A stretch of DNA of 64,000 nucleotides from an uncultured Gemmatimonadales bacterium (lineage in GTDB: Bacteria > Gemmatimonadota > Gemmatimonadetes > Gemmatimonadales > GWC2-71-9): assembly GCA_963748815.1 (NCBI GenBank), contig CAVVKJ010000005.1, forward strand, positions 192,001 to 256,000, written 5' to 3'. The notes under the pieces were generated by a model. The model was not told the origin of the DNA, searched no databases, and saw only the letters and a list, made by a program, of their open reading frames with translations. Each line of letters begins with the position of its first letter. The first letter of the stretch is position 1. A program made the position numbers and the translations under genes. Positions 41,287 to 52,148 of this stretch are shown here, one piece after another.

Positions 41287-42529
41287 TCAGGGGATGCTGG
41301 TCCCGAAGAACCGGTTGACCGTCGAGACGAGCGAGTCGGCCACCAGCTGGTGCGCCAGCGTGGAGGGGTGGACGCCGTCGAGGCTGAAGTACGGGCCAAA
41401 CCCGACCGACCCGCCGGCGAGCGCCGGGAGGAGGTCCGGGATCGGCGGAATGGCGCCGGTGCCCGTGAGCGCCAGCAGCGGCGGGTTTACGTCCAGGTAG
41501 GCCATCCCGCGGCTGGCGGCCTCCGACTGGATATAGTGTTGTAACTCGGCCACCGCCGTCTGCATGGTGGCGAGCTCGCTCGGCGTGACCACCAGGGCGT
41601 CGTTGGAGCAGTCCATGGTCTGAGGCGACGCCACCGGCGGCCGCGGCGAGCATCGGTACCGCCTTGGTCCACGGGATGAGGGTGGCGAGACCGGCCGGGG
41701 CGGCGCAGTTCACGTCGACGTTCCAGAGCCCGAGCATCTGCAGGCCGGCGAGGTTCGGGTCCGGGGTGGTCGGGAGCGGCGCCTGACAGCGGGCCGGATC
41801 GACGTAGGTGAGGCAATAGTAGATGGCCGTGCGGGACGAATACGGAATGACCGAAACGTCTGTGACGCTGATTAGGGTCGCGGCCGCGCCGCTCAGTTCG
41901 ATCGTGTCGAGCATGGTCGAGTAATTCGACTCGAACACCGGCAGGGGCGTGATGAGCGCCGGGTTGCCTGGGTTGCTGCTGCTGGTCAGCGCACCAAGGA
42001 CGTCGTTGTTGCCGATCCAGGCGGTGACGAAGGTCGGGTCGGCGTCCAGCATCGCCTGGTCCTGGGTCCGACCGCCGAGAATGAAGGTGGTCAGGGCGTT
42101 GCTGTTGGCAAAGGAGATCATGTTGTCGTTCGGCGAGAACGACGTGGCGCCGGGCACCGCGACGTTGCTGACGTACGGCATCCGCTCGTTGGCGCGGAGG
42201 TCGCAGGTGCTGGCCGTTCCGCCGCCGACCCGTGTCTGCGTGACGTTGTTGGTGAGCGGCGGCGCGCAACCACGGCCCTGGAGGGACGGCACGTAGAACG
42301 GCGCGTTGGCGCGACTGGCAAAGAGCACCGCGTAGGAGCGCTGCTGGGTGCTGTCGTTGATGCCGGCGGACTGGTAGCCGGCAGTGATGCTGTTGCCCAT
42401 GGAGACGTAGCGTTCCATGAGCCCGTTGCTGGTGGACAGGTCTGGGGCGTTCAGCGGATCATTGTCGTAGCACCCCGCCAGGAGGGGGAGCGCCAGCAAG
42501 AGAGCCGCGGCCACTCGGATGCGCTGCAT
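41287..42529 (-). CDS. SGNH/GDSL-type hydrolase lipoprotein; frameshift near 41625
   Basis: LAGC lipobox; GNSITAG (block I), NVAVPG, WIGNND (block III), SLDGVHP (block V). Confidence 0.85.
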
Positions 42530-42546
42530 ATGCTGTGATCTCCCGA

Positions 42547-43935
42547 TCAGAACGAGTAAGTCAGGGTGATGCCAAGGAGGTTGGCGCTGAACGTGTAGAG
42601 CCCGTCGTTCAATGCGGCGGTCGGCACTTCCATGCCACCGTCGCCGCTCCGTCCCTGGCGGTCAGCCTGATCGATATACTGGTACGCGACGTCGAACCCG
42701 AAGCGGTCGGAGAGGTGCGATCCGAATCCGGCCGTGAACTCGGTGCGGGGCGCTTCCGGCAGGTTCGGCGTGACGGTCTGGTCGGGTGCCGCCGCGTTAT
42801 GGGCAATGATGCCGAGGCGGGCGGTGGACTTGGAGCCGACGAGGTATTCACCGCCGAGCCGCCAGGAGGTGGTGTTCTTGTAGCTCTCCACGATCGTCTT
42901 GTCGCCGAGGAGGCTGAAGTCGAGGGGCAGGGTTTCCCAGACCTCCCAGAACTGAATTCCGACGTCGCCGAGGAGCCGGAGCTTGTCGGTGACCTGCAGC
43001 GTCAGGCCCATGTTGAGCTGCGCCGGGTAGGGCAGCACGGCGGTGCCGATCTGGTTGACCAGGGAGCCGCCGGGCTGGAACTGCGGCGCCACCAGCGCGT
43101 CGACCGGGGTGCCGGCCGGGTAGCCCAGCGGGTTTCCGGGGGCCAGGTAGAGATTCGTCGGCACCTGCGTGATGGTGGCCAGGCCGTCGTCGACGTTCAC
43201 GGTCTGCTTCGAGAGGTAGCGGATGCCGAAGGAGAGTCCATCGGTCACCTGCGCAATGGCACCCAGGTGGAAGCCGGTCGAGAGGTCGTTGCCGGCCAAC
43301 TCGACGTTCGCGAAGTCGGTCCCGTAGGCAATGCCAAGGTTCGCGAAGGTAATCCCGCCGCCACCGGGGACCGCCTGCTCTGCAAGGTCCACGCGCTGCT
43401 TGAGTTCGACGGTGGAACTGGTGATGTCCACCCCGATGCCGAAGCTGAGCCGCTTGCCGGCCTTGAGGCCGAAGGTGGGCTGGAAGTAGATGCCCTTGAC
43501 CGAGCTGTAGTACCCGAGGAAGCGACCCTGGGCGTCGTCCGGCCATTCGATGGCCAACCCGTACGGGGCAAAGATGCCGAAGCCGATGGTGGCCTCGTCC
43601 GAGACGCCGTACCCGACGTAGAGCGCGGGGACCGGGTGGGTCTGCTCGATGAGGGAGCTGACCTCGCCGGTGGAGCTGTTGGTGAAGTCGCCGGTCGCGC
43701 GGATCATCGTGGCGCCACCGCTGAACACTCCCTTGCCGTTCGGGAGAATCAGGCCGGCCGGGTTGTAGAAGATGGCGGAGCCATCCGCGCACGGGGAGGC
43801 GACGCCTGTGCCGCCGCGCCCCATGGCGCACGACCCCTGCTCATTGACGCTGAACCCCTGGGCTTCAACCGATCGCGGCATGACCAGGACGGCAGTCAGT
43901 ACCCCGGCGGCAATCCAAACCTGGAACCGTCGCAT
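42547..43935 (-). CDS. FadL/OmpP1 outer-membrane transporter
   Basis: AQGFSVNEQG..AMGRGG..A..D.SAIFYNPAG, APYGL..EW; C-terminal YSF. Confidence 0.92.
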   Translation of the reverse strand: MRRFQVWIAAGVLTAVLVMPRSVEAQGFSVNEQGSCAMGRGGTGVASPCADGSAIFYNPAGLILPNGKGVFSGGATMIRATGDFTNSSTGEVSSLIEQTHPVPALYVGYGVSDEATIGFGIFAPYGLAIEWPDDAQGRFLGYYSSVKGIYFQPTFGLKAGKRLSFGIGVDITSSTVELKQRVDLAEQAVPGGGGITFANLGIAYGTDFANVELAGNDLSTGFHLGAIAQVTDGLSFGIRYLSKQTVNVDDGLATITQVPTNLYLAPGNPLGYPAGTPVDALVAPQFQPGGSLVNQIGTAVLPYPAQLNMGLTLQVTDKLRLLGDVGIQFWEVWETLPLDFSLLGDKTIVESYKNTTSWRLGGEYLVGSKSTARLGIIAHNAAAPDQTVTPNLPEAPRTEFTAGFGSHLSDRFGFDVAYQYIDQADRQGRSGDGGMEVPTAALNDGLYTFSANLLGITLTYSF

Positions 43936-44070
43936 ACGTGGACTCCAATTCGGGACGACTTCAGGGACGCTCCGGGCGAACCCGGCGAGAGAGACACAAA
44001 AACATATCGTGCGAATGAAAGGGTTGTCAAAGCCGACTTTCATACCCGAGCGGGGGAGTCGGCTAACTGG

Positions 44071-44484
44071 TCAGTGCGCTCCGATGGCCTTGGCCCGGCT
44101 CGCCGTCAGAGGGACCCGGGTGACGCCGCCGCCATCGAGGGAAATTTCGAACGCAAAGGCCCCGGCGCGGGGCAGCGGCACGTCGAAGACAAGCACCGCC
44201 CCCGCCTCGACTTCCGTGACGCCGGCGGGCGGCTCCCCGAACTGGACGCTCCCCTCACCACCCAGCAATTCGGTGTCGTCCTCGTCGACGAACCGGATCC
44301 GGATCCCGTGGGTGCCGATGTCGGTGCGGCGCCCGCGGACCCGCAGCACCAGGTGGGTTCGCGGGTGGACGGTCGGGAACTCCGCCACCCAGACGTGCTG
44401 GAAGATGCCGAGCACGGACAGCTTGCCCTGCTGGTCGACCAGGGCGTAGTCGGCGATGACCGCGAAATCGAGCCGCAGGCTCAT
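44071..44484 (-). CDS. Conserved hypothetical protein (DUF6941-like Ig fold)
   Basis: ADYA...[10 protein letters not shown]....P..HP; ATGA overlap with the PPIase gene. Confidence 0.7.
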   Translation of the reverse strand: MSLRLDFAVIADYALVDQQGKLSVLGIFQHVWVAEFPTVHPRTHLVLRVRGRRTDIGTHGIRIRFVDEDDTELLGGEGSVQFGEPPAGVTEVEAGAVLVFDVPLPRAGAFAFEISLDGGGVTRVPLTASRAKAIGAH

Positions 44485-44927
44485 GCGACGCGAATCGACT
44501 CGATGACGTCGTTCTTCTGGATCGTGTTCACGACGTCCATTCCGGTGCTGACCTGCCCGAACACGGTGTGGACGCGGTCGAGGTGACCCTGGGGCGAGTG
44601 ACAGATGAAGAACTGGCTCCCGCCGGTGTTCTTCCCGGCGTGGGCCATCGAGAGGGTGCCGGCGACGTGGCGGTGGGTGTTCTTGTCGGTCTCGCACTTG
44701 ATGGTGTAGCCGGGGCCGCCGGTCCCGACGCGGGGGTGGTTCGGGTCGCGGCTGAGGGGATCGCCCGCCTGCACCATGAAGTTGGCGATGACGCGGTGGA
44801 ACCGGGTGCCGTCATAGAACTTGTCGTTGGCGAGCTTCTCGAAATTGGCGACTGTGCCCGGCGTCTCGTCGTCGAAAAGGTCGGCGACGATGGTGCCTCG
44901 GCTGGTCACGATGGTGGCGGTCTTCAT
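44481..44927 (-). CDS. Cyclophilin-type peptidyl-prolyl isomerase
   Basis: P.TVANF, FYDG..FHRVI..FM.Q.GDP, SMAHAG, GSQFFI, HTVFG. Confidence 0.96.
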   Translation of the reverse strand: MKTATIVTSRGTIVADLFDDETPGTVANFEKLANDKFYDGTRFHRVIANFMVQAGDPLSRDPNHPRVGTGGPGYTIKCETDKNTHRHVAGTLSMAHAGKNTGGSQFFICHSPQGHLDRVHTVFGQVSTGMDVVNTIQKNDVIESIRVA

Positions 44928-44949
44928 CAGGAATTCCGTGAGGTGGGGG

Positions 44950-46158
44950 TCAAGGAGTGTGGAGGGCCCGATCGGCCGGACGGAAAGATAGCGAGGCCGC
45001 GGCCAGCGCCGCGACCACCCAGAGCGCTCCCGTCCAATAGGGCGCGCCGTGCCCCACATGGTCGAAGGCGAGCCCCGCCCAGAGGGGGCCGAGGATGCGC
45101 GTCAGGCTGACGACGGACTGCATCGAGCCAAGCACCTTCCCCTGCTCGACACCACTCACCGTCCGCGACACCTCGGAGGTGAGCATCGGGGCCGCCGAGG
45201 CGTTGCCGAAGGCGAGCAGCAGCGTGGCCGGGTAGAGCATCGCCACGCTGGGCGCGAAGGCGGTGGCCGCAAACCCGCACGCCATCAACAGCAGCCCCCA
45301 GGTGGCGATGCGGCGCTCCCGGCCGGCGGTGGGGATGCGGCGCAGCAGCACGCCCTGCACCAGTACGCTGACCACCCCGACCAGCGTGAAGATCCAGGCG
45401 TTGCCCTGGGGTCCGAGCCCGAACCGCTCCCGGGTGAAGACGGCGTAGTTGGACTGCAGGCCGGCCATCGCGAAGCTCATCGCAAAGATGGCGGTGAAGA
45501 GCCGGGCCATGCCGGGGCGGCGGACGGTCTGGTCGAGGTGGCCAAGGGGATGCAGGTCCGAGAGCCGGAACGGGGTGCGCACCCGCCGTTCAGGCGGGAG
45601 CGACTCCGGGAGCAGGACGTACCCGAGCCCCACGGTCACGAGGGAAAGAATGCCCGCGGCAAAGGCCGGTGCCCGGAGGCTCCAGAGGCTCAGCATCCCG
45701 CCGATCGCCGGCCCCATGATGAACCCGAGCCCGAACGCCGCGCCGATCAGACCGAAGTTCTTCGCGCGGTCCTCGGGAGGGGACACATCCGCGATATACG
45801 CTTGCGCGGTCGAGACATTCCCGCCGGTGAAGCCGTCAATCAGGCGGGAGAGGTAGAGCAGCCAGAGCGTCTGGGCAAAGCCGAAGAGGAAATACCCGGC
45901 GCCAGTGCCGAGGACGCTGAGGAGCAGCACCACCCGGCGACCGTGCCGGTCCGAGAGGGCGCCCAGCACCGGACTGGCCAGGAACTGCGCCGCGGCGAAG
46001 GTGAGGCTCAGGAGCCCGACGGTGAGCGCATCGCTCCGAAACTCGGCCACGATGAACGGGAGGACGGGTACCAGGATCCCGACCCCGAGGAGGTCGAGGA
46101 AGACGGTCAGGAAGATGAAGATCAGCGGCCGGTTGCCCGGCCCGCGGGTGCTAGGCAC
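44950..46158 (-). CDS. MFS drug/H+ antiporter (TetA/DHA1-like)
   Basis: [18 protein letters not shown] motif A, R..DG.TGGN, GLGFI.GPA.GG motif C. Confidence 0.93.
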   Translation of the reverse strand: MPSTRGPGNRPLIFIFLTVFLDLLGVGILVPVLPFIVAEFRSDALTVGLLSLTFAAAQFLASPVLGALSDRHGRRVVLLLSVLGTGAGYFLFGFAQTLWLLYLSRLIDGFTGGNVSTAQAYIADVSPPEDRAKNFGLIGAAFGLGFIMGPAIGGMLSLWSLRAPAFAAGILSLVTVGLGYVLLPESLPPERRVRTPFRLSDLHPLGHLDQTVRRPGMARLFTAIFAMSFAMAGLQSNYAVFTRERFGLGPQGNAWIFTLVGVVSVLVQGVLLRRIPTAGRERRIATWGLLLMACGFAATAFAPSVAMLYPATLLLAFGNASAAPMLTSEVSRTVSGVEQGKVLGSMQSVVSLTRILGPLWAGLAFDHVGHGAPYWTGALWVVAALAAASLSFRPADRALHTP

Positions 46159-46813
46159 GCATCGGTCTCTTGGCGCTGGGGCAGTCTGGGGCGAGCGGAC
46201 AGGCGGCGCAGTTGGGGCGGCGCGCGATGCAGACGGCGCGGCCGTGGCTGATCAGGAGATGGGAAAGGAGCGTCCACTTCGGCTGCGGAAAGAGTGTCAT
46301 CAGGTCCCGCTCCACCTTCTCGGGGTCGGTGGCGGCTGTCAGCCGCAACAGGCGGGTGATGCGACCCACGTGGGTGTCCACCGTGATCCCGTCGTTGCGG
46401 CCGAAGGCGTTTCCGAGAATCACGTTGGCCGTCTTGCGGCCGACCCCGGGCAGGTCGCGCAGTTCGTCCATCGTGTCCGGCACCCGGCCGCCGTGGCGCT
46501 CGACCAGGGCGGCCGCCATCGCCAGGAGATTCTTGCCCTTGTTGCGGAAGAACCCGGTGGACCGGATCAGGTCCTCGATCTCGTCCTGCGTGCCCTCGGC
46601 CAGCGCCGCGGCATCCGGGAAGCGGTCGAAGAGCGCCGGCGTGACGAGATTGACCCGCGCATCAGTGCATTGGGCCGACAGGATGGTGGCGACGAGCAGC
46701 TGATACGGATCGGCGTGATCGAGGGCGCAGTGCGCGTCGGGGTAGGCGTGCTCCAGCGCGGCAAGGATCCGCGCGGCGCGGGCGGCCCGGGCCGCGGCCG
46801 ATTCGCGGGCCAC
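46151..46813 (-). CDS. nth: Endonuclease III
   Basis: LSAQCTD.RVN, HhH LPGVGRKTANV, VDTHV, C.ARRP.C..C.L...C [4Fe-4S] motif. Confidence 0.97.
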   Translation of the reverse strand: MARESAAARAARAARILAALEHAYPDAHCALDHADPYQLLVATILSAQCTDARVNLVTPALFDRFPDAAALAEGTQDEIEDLIRSTGFFRNKGKNLLAMAAALVERHGGRVPDTMDELRDLPGVGRKTANVILGNAFGRNDGITVDTHVGRITRLLRLTAATDPEKVERDLMTLFPQPKWTLLSHLLISHGRAVCIARRPNCAACPLAPDCPSAKRPMRA

Positions 46814-48547
46814 TCAGCTCCTCCGTGCTCTCGCAAACGCCAGGAACTGCTCGGCGGATCGGGTGTTGAGCACCTCCGACGGCCCCAGCCACCCCTTCCG
46901 CGCGATCCCGACCCCGTAGGCGACGTTGCCGAGCCCCGCAAGGTTGTGCGCGTCCGACCCGATCGAGATCATGACGCCGTGCGCGCGGGCGCTTCGGAGC
47001 ACGCGCCAGTCGAGGTCGAGCCGGTGCGGGTCGGCGTTGATTTCGATGGCGACACCCAGGGCGCCGGCCTTGGCAAAGATGGCCTCGAGGTCGATCGCGT
47101 ACGCATCGCGCGACAGGAGAAGCCGTCCGGTGGGATGCCCGAGGATGGTGAGGTAGGGATTCTCGAGCGCCGTGAGGACCCGCGCCGTCATCTCCGGTCC
47201 GCTCAGGTTGAAACGGCTGTGGATCGAGCCGATCACGAAATCGAGCTGCGCCAGCACGTCGTCCTCATAGTCGAGGCGCCCGTCGGCCAGGATGTCGGCC
47301 TCGACGCCGTGCAGGATCCGGAACCCCTCGAGCCCGGCCCCCACCTCGGCGATCTCGGCGGCCTGGCGCACCAGTGAGTCCGGCGAGAGCCCGCCGGCGT
47401 ACGCCGCCGACTGGCTGTGATCGGTAATGCCGATCCAGTCGTACCCCGCGTCGCGCACTCCCCGGGCGAGTTCCGCCACCGTGTTCGATCCGTCGGAATA
47501 GTTCGTGTGGCAGTGGAGGAAACCCCTGAGGTCGTCTTCCACGATCAGGGTGGGGAGGCCGTCCCCCGCGGCCGTCTCGATCTCCCCGCCGCCCTCCCGC
47601 AGTTCGGGGGGAATCCAGGGGAGGTCGAGCGCATGGTAGAGCGCCGCCTCGTCCGGCGTCGGGACGAACTCGCTGCCGCGCCAGAGGGCGGCGCCGCGCA
47701 GCGAGCAACCGCGGGCGGCCGCCCGCTCCTCGAGTTGACGCAGGTGCGCGTCGCTGCCCGTCGCCTGCACGAGGACGGCACCGGCGTTGAGCGGGGGCGT
47801 GACGATGATTTGCGCGCTGGTCCCACCGACGAATCGGAGGGTGACGTGGCGCTCGTCCTGGCCGGCGAACTCGTGGACGCTCGGTACCTGTCCCAGTCGT
47901 GCGAAGATGTCGGCGGCCGGCACCTCTGCGACGAGGACGATGACGATCTCCTTCACGACCTCGGTGCGGCGGCGCACCTCGCCGACGGCCGTGGCGCTCA
48001 GCACGCCCGGCACCCGTCCGAGCGCCTCGACCAGGCTGCGCGCCTCCTCGGCGGCGTGATGGGCGAGCCGGAAGGCGCTCGCCTGCCGGAGGAACGCGAT
48101 GCTCTTCCGGATGTTGTCGGCCGTCTTCTGTCCGAATCGGGGGAGGGCGGCCAGCCGGCCGTCGTTCGCGGCGGCCTCGAGGTCGGGCAGGGAATCGATG
48201 CCGAGCGTCTCGTGAATCTGCCGGATCTTGGCGACGCCGAGTCCCGAGATCGACAGCATCTCGACCAGGCCAGGGGGCACCTGCCCGCGCAGCTCCTCGA
48301 GGAGGGCGGAGCGGCCGGTGCCGGCCAATTCGCCAATCACCTCGAGCGTGGCGGGACCCACCCCCTTGGTGGCGGCGAGGGAGCCGTCCTTCAGCGCGAG
48401 CTGGAGCGTCTCCGGGAGGCCGCCCACGACCCGGGCAACGGTACGGAAGGTCCGCACCCGAAAGAGGTTCTCGCCCTTGAGTTCCATGAACGAGGCGATC
48501 TGCTCGAGCGCATCGGCGACCGCGCGCTTCTCGAGGTGGTCTGTCAT
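46814..48547 (-). CDS. polX: DNA polymerase X/PHP protein, non-canonical polymerase site
   Basis: GEN.FRVR, HhH repeats, ATGS, IPPELRE; PHP motifs HCH..SDG, TDHS, E, SIH, GHP, SDAH. Confidence 0.93.
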   Translation of the reverse strand: MTDHLEKRAVADALEQIASFMELKGENLFRVRTFRTVARVVGGLPETLQLALKDGSLAATKGVGPATLEVIGELAGTGRSALLEELRGQVPPGLVEMLSISGLGVAKIRQIHETLGIDSLPDLEAAANDGRLAALPRFGQKTADNIRKSIAFLRQASAFRLAHHAAEEARSLVEALGRVPGVLSATAVGEVRRRTEVVKEIVIVLVAEVPAADIFARLGQVPSVHEFAGQDERHVTLRFVGGTSAQIIVTPPLNAGAVLVQATGSDAHLRQLEERAAARGCSLRGAALWRGSEFVPTPDEAALYHALDLPWIPPELREGGGEIETAAGDGLPTLIVEDDLRGFLHCHTNYSDGSNTVAELARGVRDAGYDWIGITDHSQSAAYAGGLSPDSLVRQAAEIAEVGAGLEGFRILHGVEADILADGRLDYEDDVLAQLDFVIGSIHSRFNLSGPEMTARVLTALENPYLTILGHPTGRLLLSRDAYAIDLEAIFAKAGALGVAIEINADPHRLDLDWRVLRSARAHGVMISIGSDAHNLAGLGNVAYGVGIARKGWLGPSEVLNTRSAEQFLAFARARRS

Positions 48548-49200
48548 GCTTCCTCCAGATGGGCCGACGCGAGCGCCCGGGCCGCCAGCTCCACCAGCTC
48601 TTCGGGCTCGACTACCGCATGCAGTCCGGCGAAGGCGCCGCCATCGAGCGACGGCGCGAAGAGCGGGCTCCCATCGCGGCGGACACGGTGAGCACCTGGG
48701 GTGCCACTCGCTTCCGCGACGGTGAACCCGTTCCGCGAGGGGTGCACCCCGAAGATGCCGAGCACCCGGAGGTGCCCCTCGATGCCGGTGTGGACGAAGC
48801 AACCGTCGAGCGGCTCCCACGGCCCGGGTGCGATCAGCGAGGCCCAGATCAGGCGTTCGGGGAACTGAATGTATCCGGGTCCCGTCGCGGCGGCAGCGGG
48901 CGGCTCGGGGGCGGCGAGCAGCCGTCGAAGGTCGGCCGCAGGAATCGTCCGGTCCGGCTGGCCGGCGTCCCAGGCCAGGTAGGCGTGGTGGACAAGGGCG
49001 GTGAGTTCATCCAGCCCGCTCCCGGCATCGGTGTCATCGGGCCGGAGCGCCCGAAGGAGGGTCATGGCGGGGAGGGTCAGGAAGAACGCGTCGCGCTCGC
49101 GTGGGTCGACCGCGGCTGCGGCGAGGGCCTCCCTGATCGGCGGGAAGTGTTCCGGCGCCAGTCCGGCAAAGACGAGTTCGAACGGCGTCGGACGGTCCAT
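48544..49200 (-). CDS. Hypothetical protein
   Basis: High-GC codon pattern; ATGA overlap with polX; TATCTT 6 nt upstream of the ATG. Confidence 0.7.
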   Translation of the reverse strand: MDRPTPFELVFAGLAPEHFPPIREALAAAAVDPRERDAFFLTLPAMTLLRALRPDDTDAGSGLDELTALVHHAYLAWDAGQPDRTIPAADLRRLLAAPEPPAAAATGPGYIQFPERLIWASLIAPGPWEPLDGCFVHTGIEGHLRVLGIFGVHPSRNGFTVAEASGTPGAHRVRRDGSPLFAPSLDGGAFAGLHAVVEPEELVELAARALASAHLEEA

Positions 49201-49292
49201 GTGAGCAAGATAATCCCTCTGGCGAGAGCCTCCGGGTGCCAGTACTTTCACGCCTCGGGCCGGTCGTGCGGGTTTCTCCGACGGAGGTGGCG

Positions 49293-51773
49293 GTGGTCAA
49301 GACTCGCAGCATTGCCACCAAGGTGGCGCTGGTCGTGTCGGCGGTGGTGATCGGGGCGCTCGCGCTGACCGGCTGGTTTGCGCTCAAGCGTTCCGACGCC
49401 GAGCTGGTCCGGTTGCAGCTGGACCAGGCGAGCGCGCGGCTGACGACCAACCTCGGCATTGCCCAGCGGATCTTCGACGAACGGTTCCCGGGCGGCTGGC
49501 AACTGGCGCCCGGGAGTCCCCTCGTCTTCGGCGCGGGGTCGGCGGCCCCGGCCGAAACGCTCACGACCCAGCTCTTCAAGGGGCGCTCCCCGATCTACGG
49601 GAACCCCGAGGTCACGGCGGCGCTGGTGGAACTCTCGCGCATCACGGGAACCAAGCTCAGCATCGCGCAGCGCGCCGGCAACGACCGGGCGCTCCGGCTG
49701 GCCACCAGTGACACCCTGACGGTGACCGCCGGCCCGCTCACGGTGATGCCGTCGCGCGATCCTGACACGGGGCTGCCGGTCGCGGCCGGCCTCGCGCTGG
49801 CGCAGGGAGACGTGGTCGACGGCCGGGCCACGATCGGCGAGGACGACTGGACGCTGTATTGGCCGATCCGCGGGGCGAGCGGGAACAACGCGATCCTCGG
49901 CGTGTTCTACGCGGCGACGCCCTACGCCCCCTTCGCGGCCGCGGCGAAGGACGCTTCGCGGAAGGTGGCGGAGGGGCTGGTGCCGCTGGTGCTCCTGATC
50001 GCCCTGGGGTCCTCGCTCCTGCTCTTCGTGCTCACTCGCGGCATGCTCCGCCCCCTCCGCGCCATCCACACCGCCGTGTCGCGGCTCGGCGAAGGAGAGT
50101 GGCCGCAGGAGGTGAAGGTACGGAGCCGCGACGAAGTCGGCGCCCTGGCCGGCGCCTTCAACCGGATGGCGGCCGACCTCCGCCAGACCTACGCCACCAT
50201 CGAGGACAAGGTCAAGCGGCGTACCCACGAGCTGGAAGAGAGCAACGCCGCGCTCGGGCAGGCGCGAGAGGCGGCCGACGTGGCCAACAAGGCCAAGAGC
50301 CGCTTCCTGGCCAACATGAGCCACGAGCTCCGGACCCCGCTCAACGCCATCATCGGGTACAGCGAGATCCTCGAGGAGGAAGCCGAGGACCGCCAGCTCG
50401 ACGACCTGGTGCCGGATCTCCGGAAGATTCACGGCGCCGGCCGGCACCTCCTGCAGCTCATCAACGATATCCTCGACCTCTCGAAGGTCGAGGCGGGGAA
50501 GATGGACCTGTACCTCGAGACGTTTGCCGTGCGGGCCATGCTCGAGGATGTGGTCAGTACGATTCAGCCGTTGATCGCGCAGAAGCACAACACCCTCGTG
50601 GTCGACTGTCCCGACGACATCGGGAGCATCCACGCGGACATGACCAAGCTGCGGCAGTCGCTCTTCAACCTGCTCAGCAATGCGTCGAAATTCACCGACA
50701 CCGGCACGGTAACCCTCCGGGTGCGGGCGGACGTGTCCGACGGCAAGCGCTGGATCAGGATGGCGGTGCAGGACAGTGGCATCGGCATGACGCCGGAACA
50801 GGTGGAGCGACTCTTCCAGCCCTTTACGCAGGCCGACGCCTCCACCACGCGGAAATACGGAGGCACGGGCCTGGGGCTGACCATCACGAAGCGGTTCGCC
50901 GAATTGATGGGCGGCACGGTGACCGTCGAGAGCGTCCCGGGGCAGGGGTCGACCTTTACCCTGGTGCTGCCCGCCGAGGTCGTGGCGCGCCCGGTAACCA
51001 GCGATCACGTGGCGCTCCTGGCGGGTCCGAAGGGGCTGGTGCTGGTGATCGACGACGACCCCGCGATGCACGACCTGGTGCGGCGCACGCTCGAGAAGGA
51101 AGGCATCGCGGTGGTCCCGGCGCTGAACGGGGACGAAGGCATCGAGCTGGCGCGCCAGCTCAAGCCCGCGGTGATCACGCTCGACGTGATGATGCCGGGC
51201 AGCGACGGGTGGAACGTGCTCCGCACCCTCAAGGCGGACCCCGACCTGGCCAGGATTCCCGTCGTGATGCTGACCATCATTGACGACAAGAACCTCGGGT
51301 TCTCGCTGGGCGCCTCGGAGTACCTGACGAAACCGGTGGACCGGGATCGCCTGATTCGCGTCATCCGCCGTTTCCGCCACGAAGGGGGCGGGCGGGCGCT
51401 CGTGATCGATGACGACGAGGCGGCGCGCGACCGGATGCGCGAGCTGCTGCGCGGCGAGGCGTGGGAGGTGAGCGAGGCGCGGAACGGTCTCGAGGGGCTG
51501 GAGGCGCTCGGCCGGGGGCTTCCGGATCTCATCCTGCTCGACCTGATGATGCCCGAGATGAACGGGTTTGACTTCCTTGCGGCGCTGCGCGGGCGGGCGG
51601 GCGGGGAACAGGTGCCGGTGGTGGTGGTGACGGCGCACGACCTGACGGCGGAGGAGCGCGAGCACCTCTCCACGCACGTGGCGCGGGTGTTCGACAAGGA
51701 CCACCTCGACAGCGAGGCGCTGGTGGCCGAAATGAAGCGGCTGTTGTCGGAGTCCAGCGTGGGGGAGGGCTAG
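49293..51773 (+). CDS. Hybrid sensor histidine kinase (Cache-like-HAMP-HisKA-HATPase-2xREC)
   Basis: Two TM helices, [45 protein letters not shown], two receivers. GGAGG RBS before the GTG. Confidence 0.95.
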   Translation: MVKTRSIATKVALVVSAVVIGALALTGWFALKRSDAELVRLQLDQASARLTTNLGIAQRIFDERFPGGWQLAPGSPLVFGAGSAAPAETLTTQLFKGRSPIYGNPEVTAALVELSRITGTKLSIAQRAGNDRALRLATSDTLTVTAGPLTVMPSRDPDTGLPVAAGLALAQGDVVDGRATIGEDDWTLYWPIRGASGNNAILGVFYAATPYAPFAAAAKDASRKVAEGLVPLVLLIALGSSLLLFVLTRGMLRPLRAIHTAVSRLGEGEWPQEVKVRSRDEVGALAGAFNRMAADLRQTYATIEDKVKRRTHELEESNAALGQAREAADVANKAKSRFLANMSHELRTPLNAIIGYSEILEEEAEDRQLDDLVPDLRKIHGAGRHLLQLINDILDLSKVEAGKMDLYLETFAVRAMLEDVVSTIQPLIAQKHNTLVVDCPDDIGSIHADMTKLRQSLFNLLSNASKFTDTGTVTLRVRADVSDGKRWIRMAVQDSGIGMTPEQVERLFQPFTQADASTTRKYGGTGLGLTITKRFAELMGGTVTVESVPGQGSTFTLVLPAEVVARPVTSDHVALLAGPKGLVLVIDDDPAMHDLVRRTLEKEGIAVVPALNGDEGIELARQLKPAVITLDVMMPGSDGWNVLRTLKADPDLARIPVVMLTIIDDKNLGFSLGASEYLTKPVDRDRLIRVIRRFRHEGGGRALVIDDDEAARDRMRELLRGEAWEVSEARNGLEGLEALGRGLPDLILLDLMMPEMNGFDFLAALRGRAGGEQVPVVVVTAHDLTAEEREHLSTHVARVFDKDHLDSEALVAEMKRLLSESSVGEG

Positions 51774-51776
51774 CCG

Positions 51777-52148
51777 GTGGCCAAGATCCTGCTGGTCGAG
51801 GACAACGAACTCAACCGGGACATGCTCTCCCGCCGGCTGACGCGACGGGGGTACACCGTCGTCGTGGCCGAGGACGGTGAGCGCGGCCTCGAGCTGGTCC
51901 GCTCCGAGCGACCCGACCTGGTGCTGATGGATATGAGCCTGCCCGGGATCGACGGGTGGGAGGCGACGCGCCGCTTACGCGCGGATCCTGACATCGCCGG
52001 TGTCCGCGTCATCGCGCTCACCGCACACGCGATGGCGGGCGACCGTGAGCGCGCCATCGAGGCGGGCTGCAACGACTACGACACCAAGCCGGTCGAGATG
52101 GACCGGTTGCTGCTCAAGATCACCACCCTTCTCGGAGCGACGTCATGA
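51777..52148 (+). CDS. Single-domain response regulator (DivK/CheY-like)
   Basis: ILLVEDN, LMDMSLP.IDG, ALTAHAM.GD, TKP. Confidence 0.95.
   Translation: MAKILLVEDNELNRDMLSRRLTRRGYTVVVAEDGERGLELVRSERPDLVLMDMSLPGIDGWEATRRLRADPDIAGVRVIALTAHAMAGDRERAIEAGCNDYDTKPVEMDRLLLKITTLLGATS

Noticed and set aside
43936..44070. Riboswitch or ncRNA upstream of fadL (also checked 59929-60049 before the ECF transporter)
   Set aside because: No recognisable conserved aptamer motifs by eye; an Rfam/Infernal scan would be needed.
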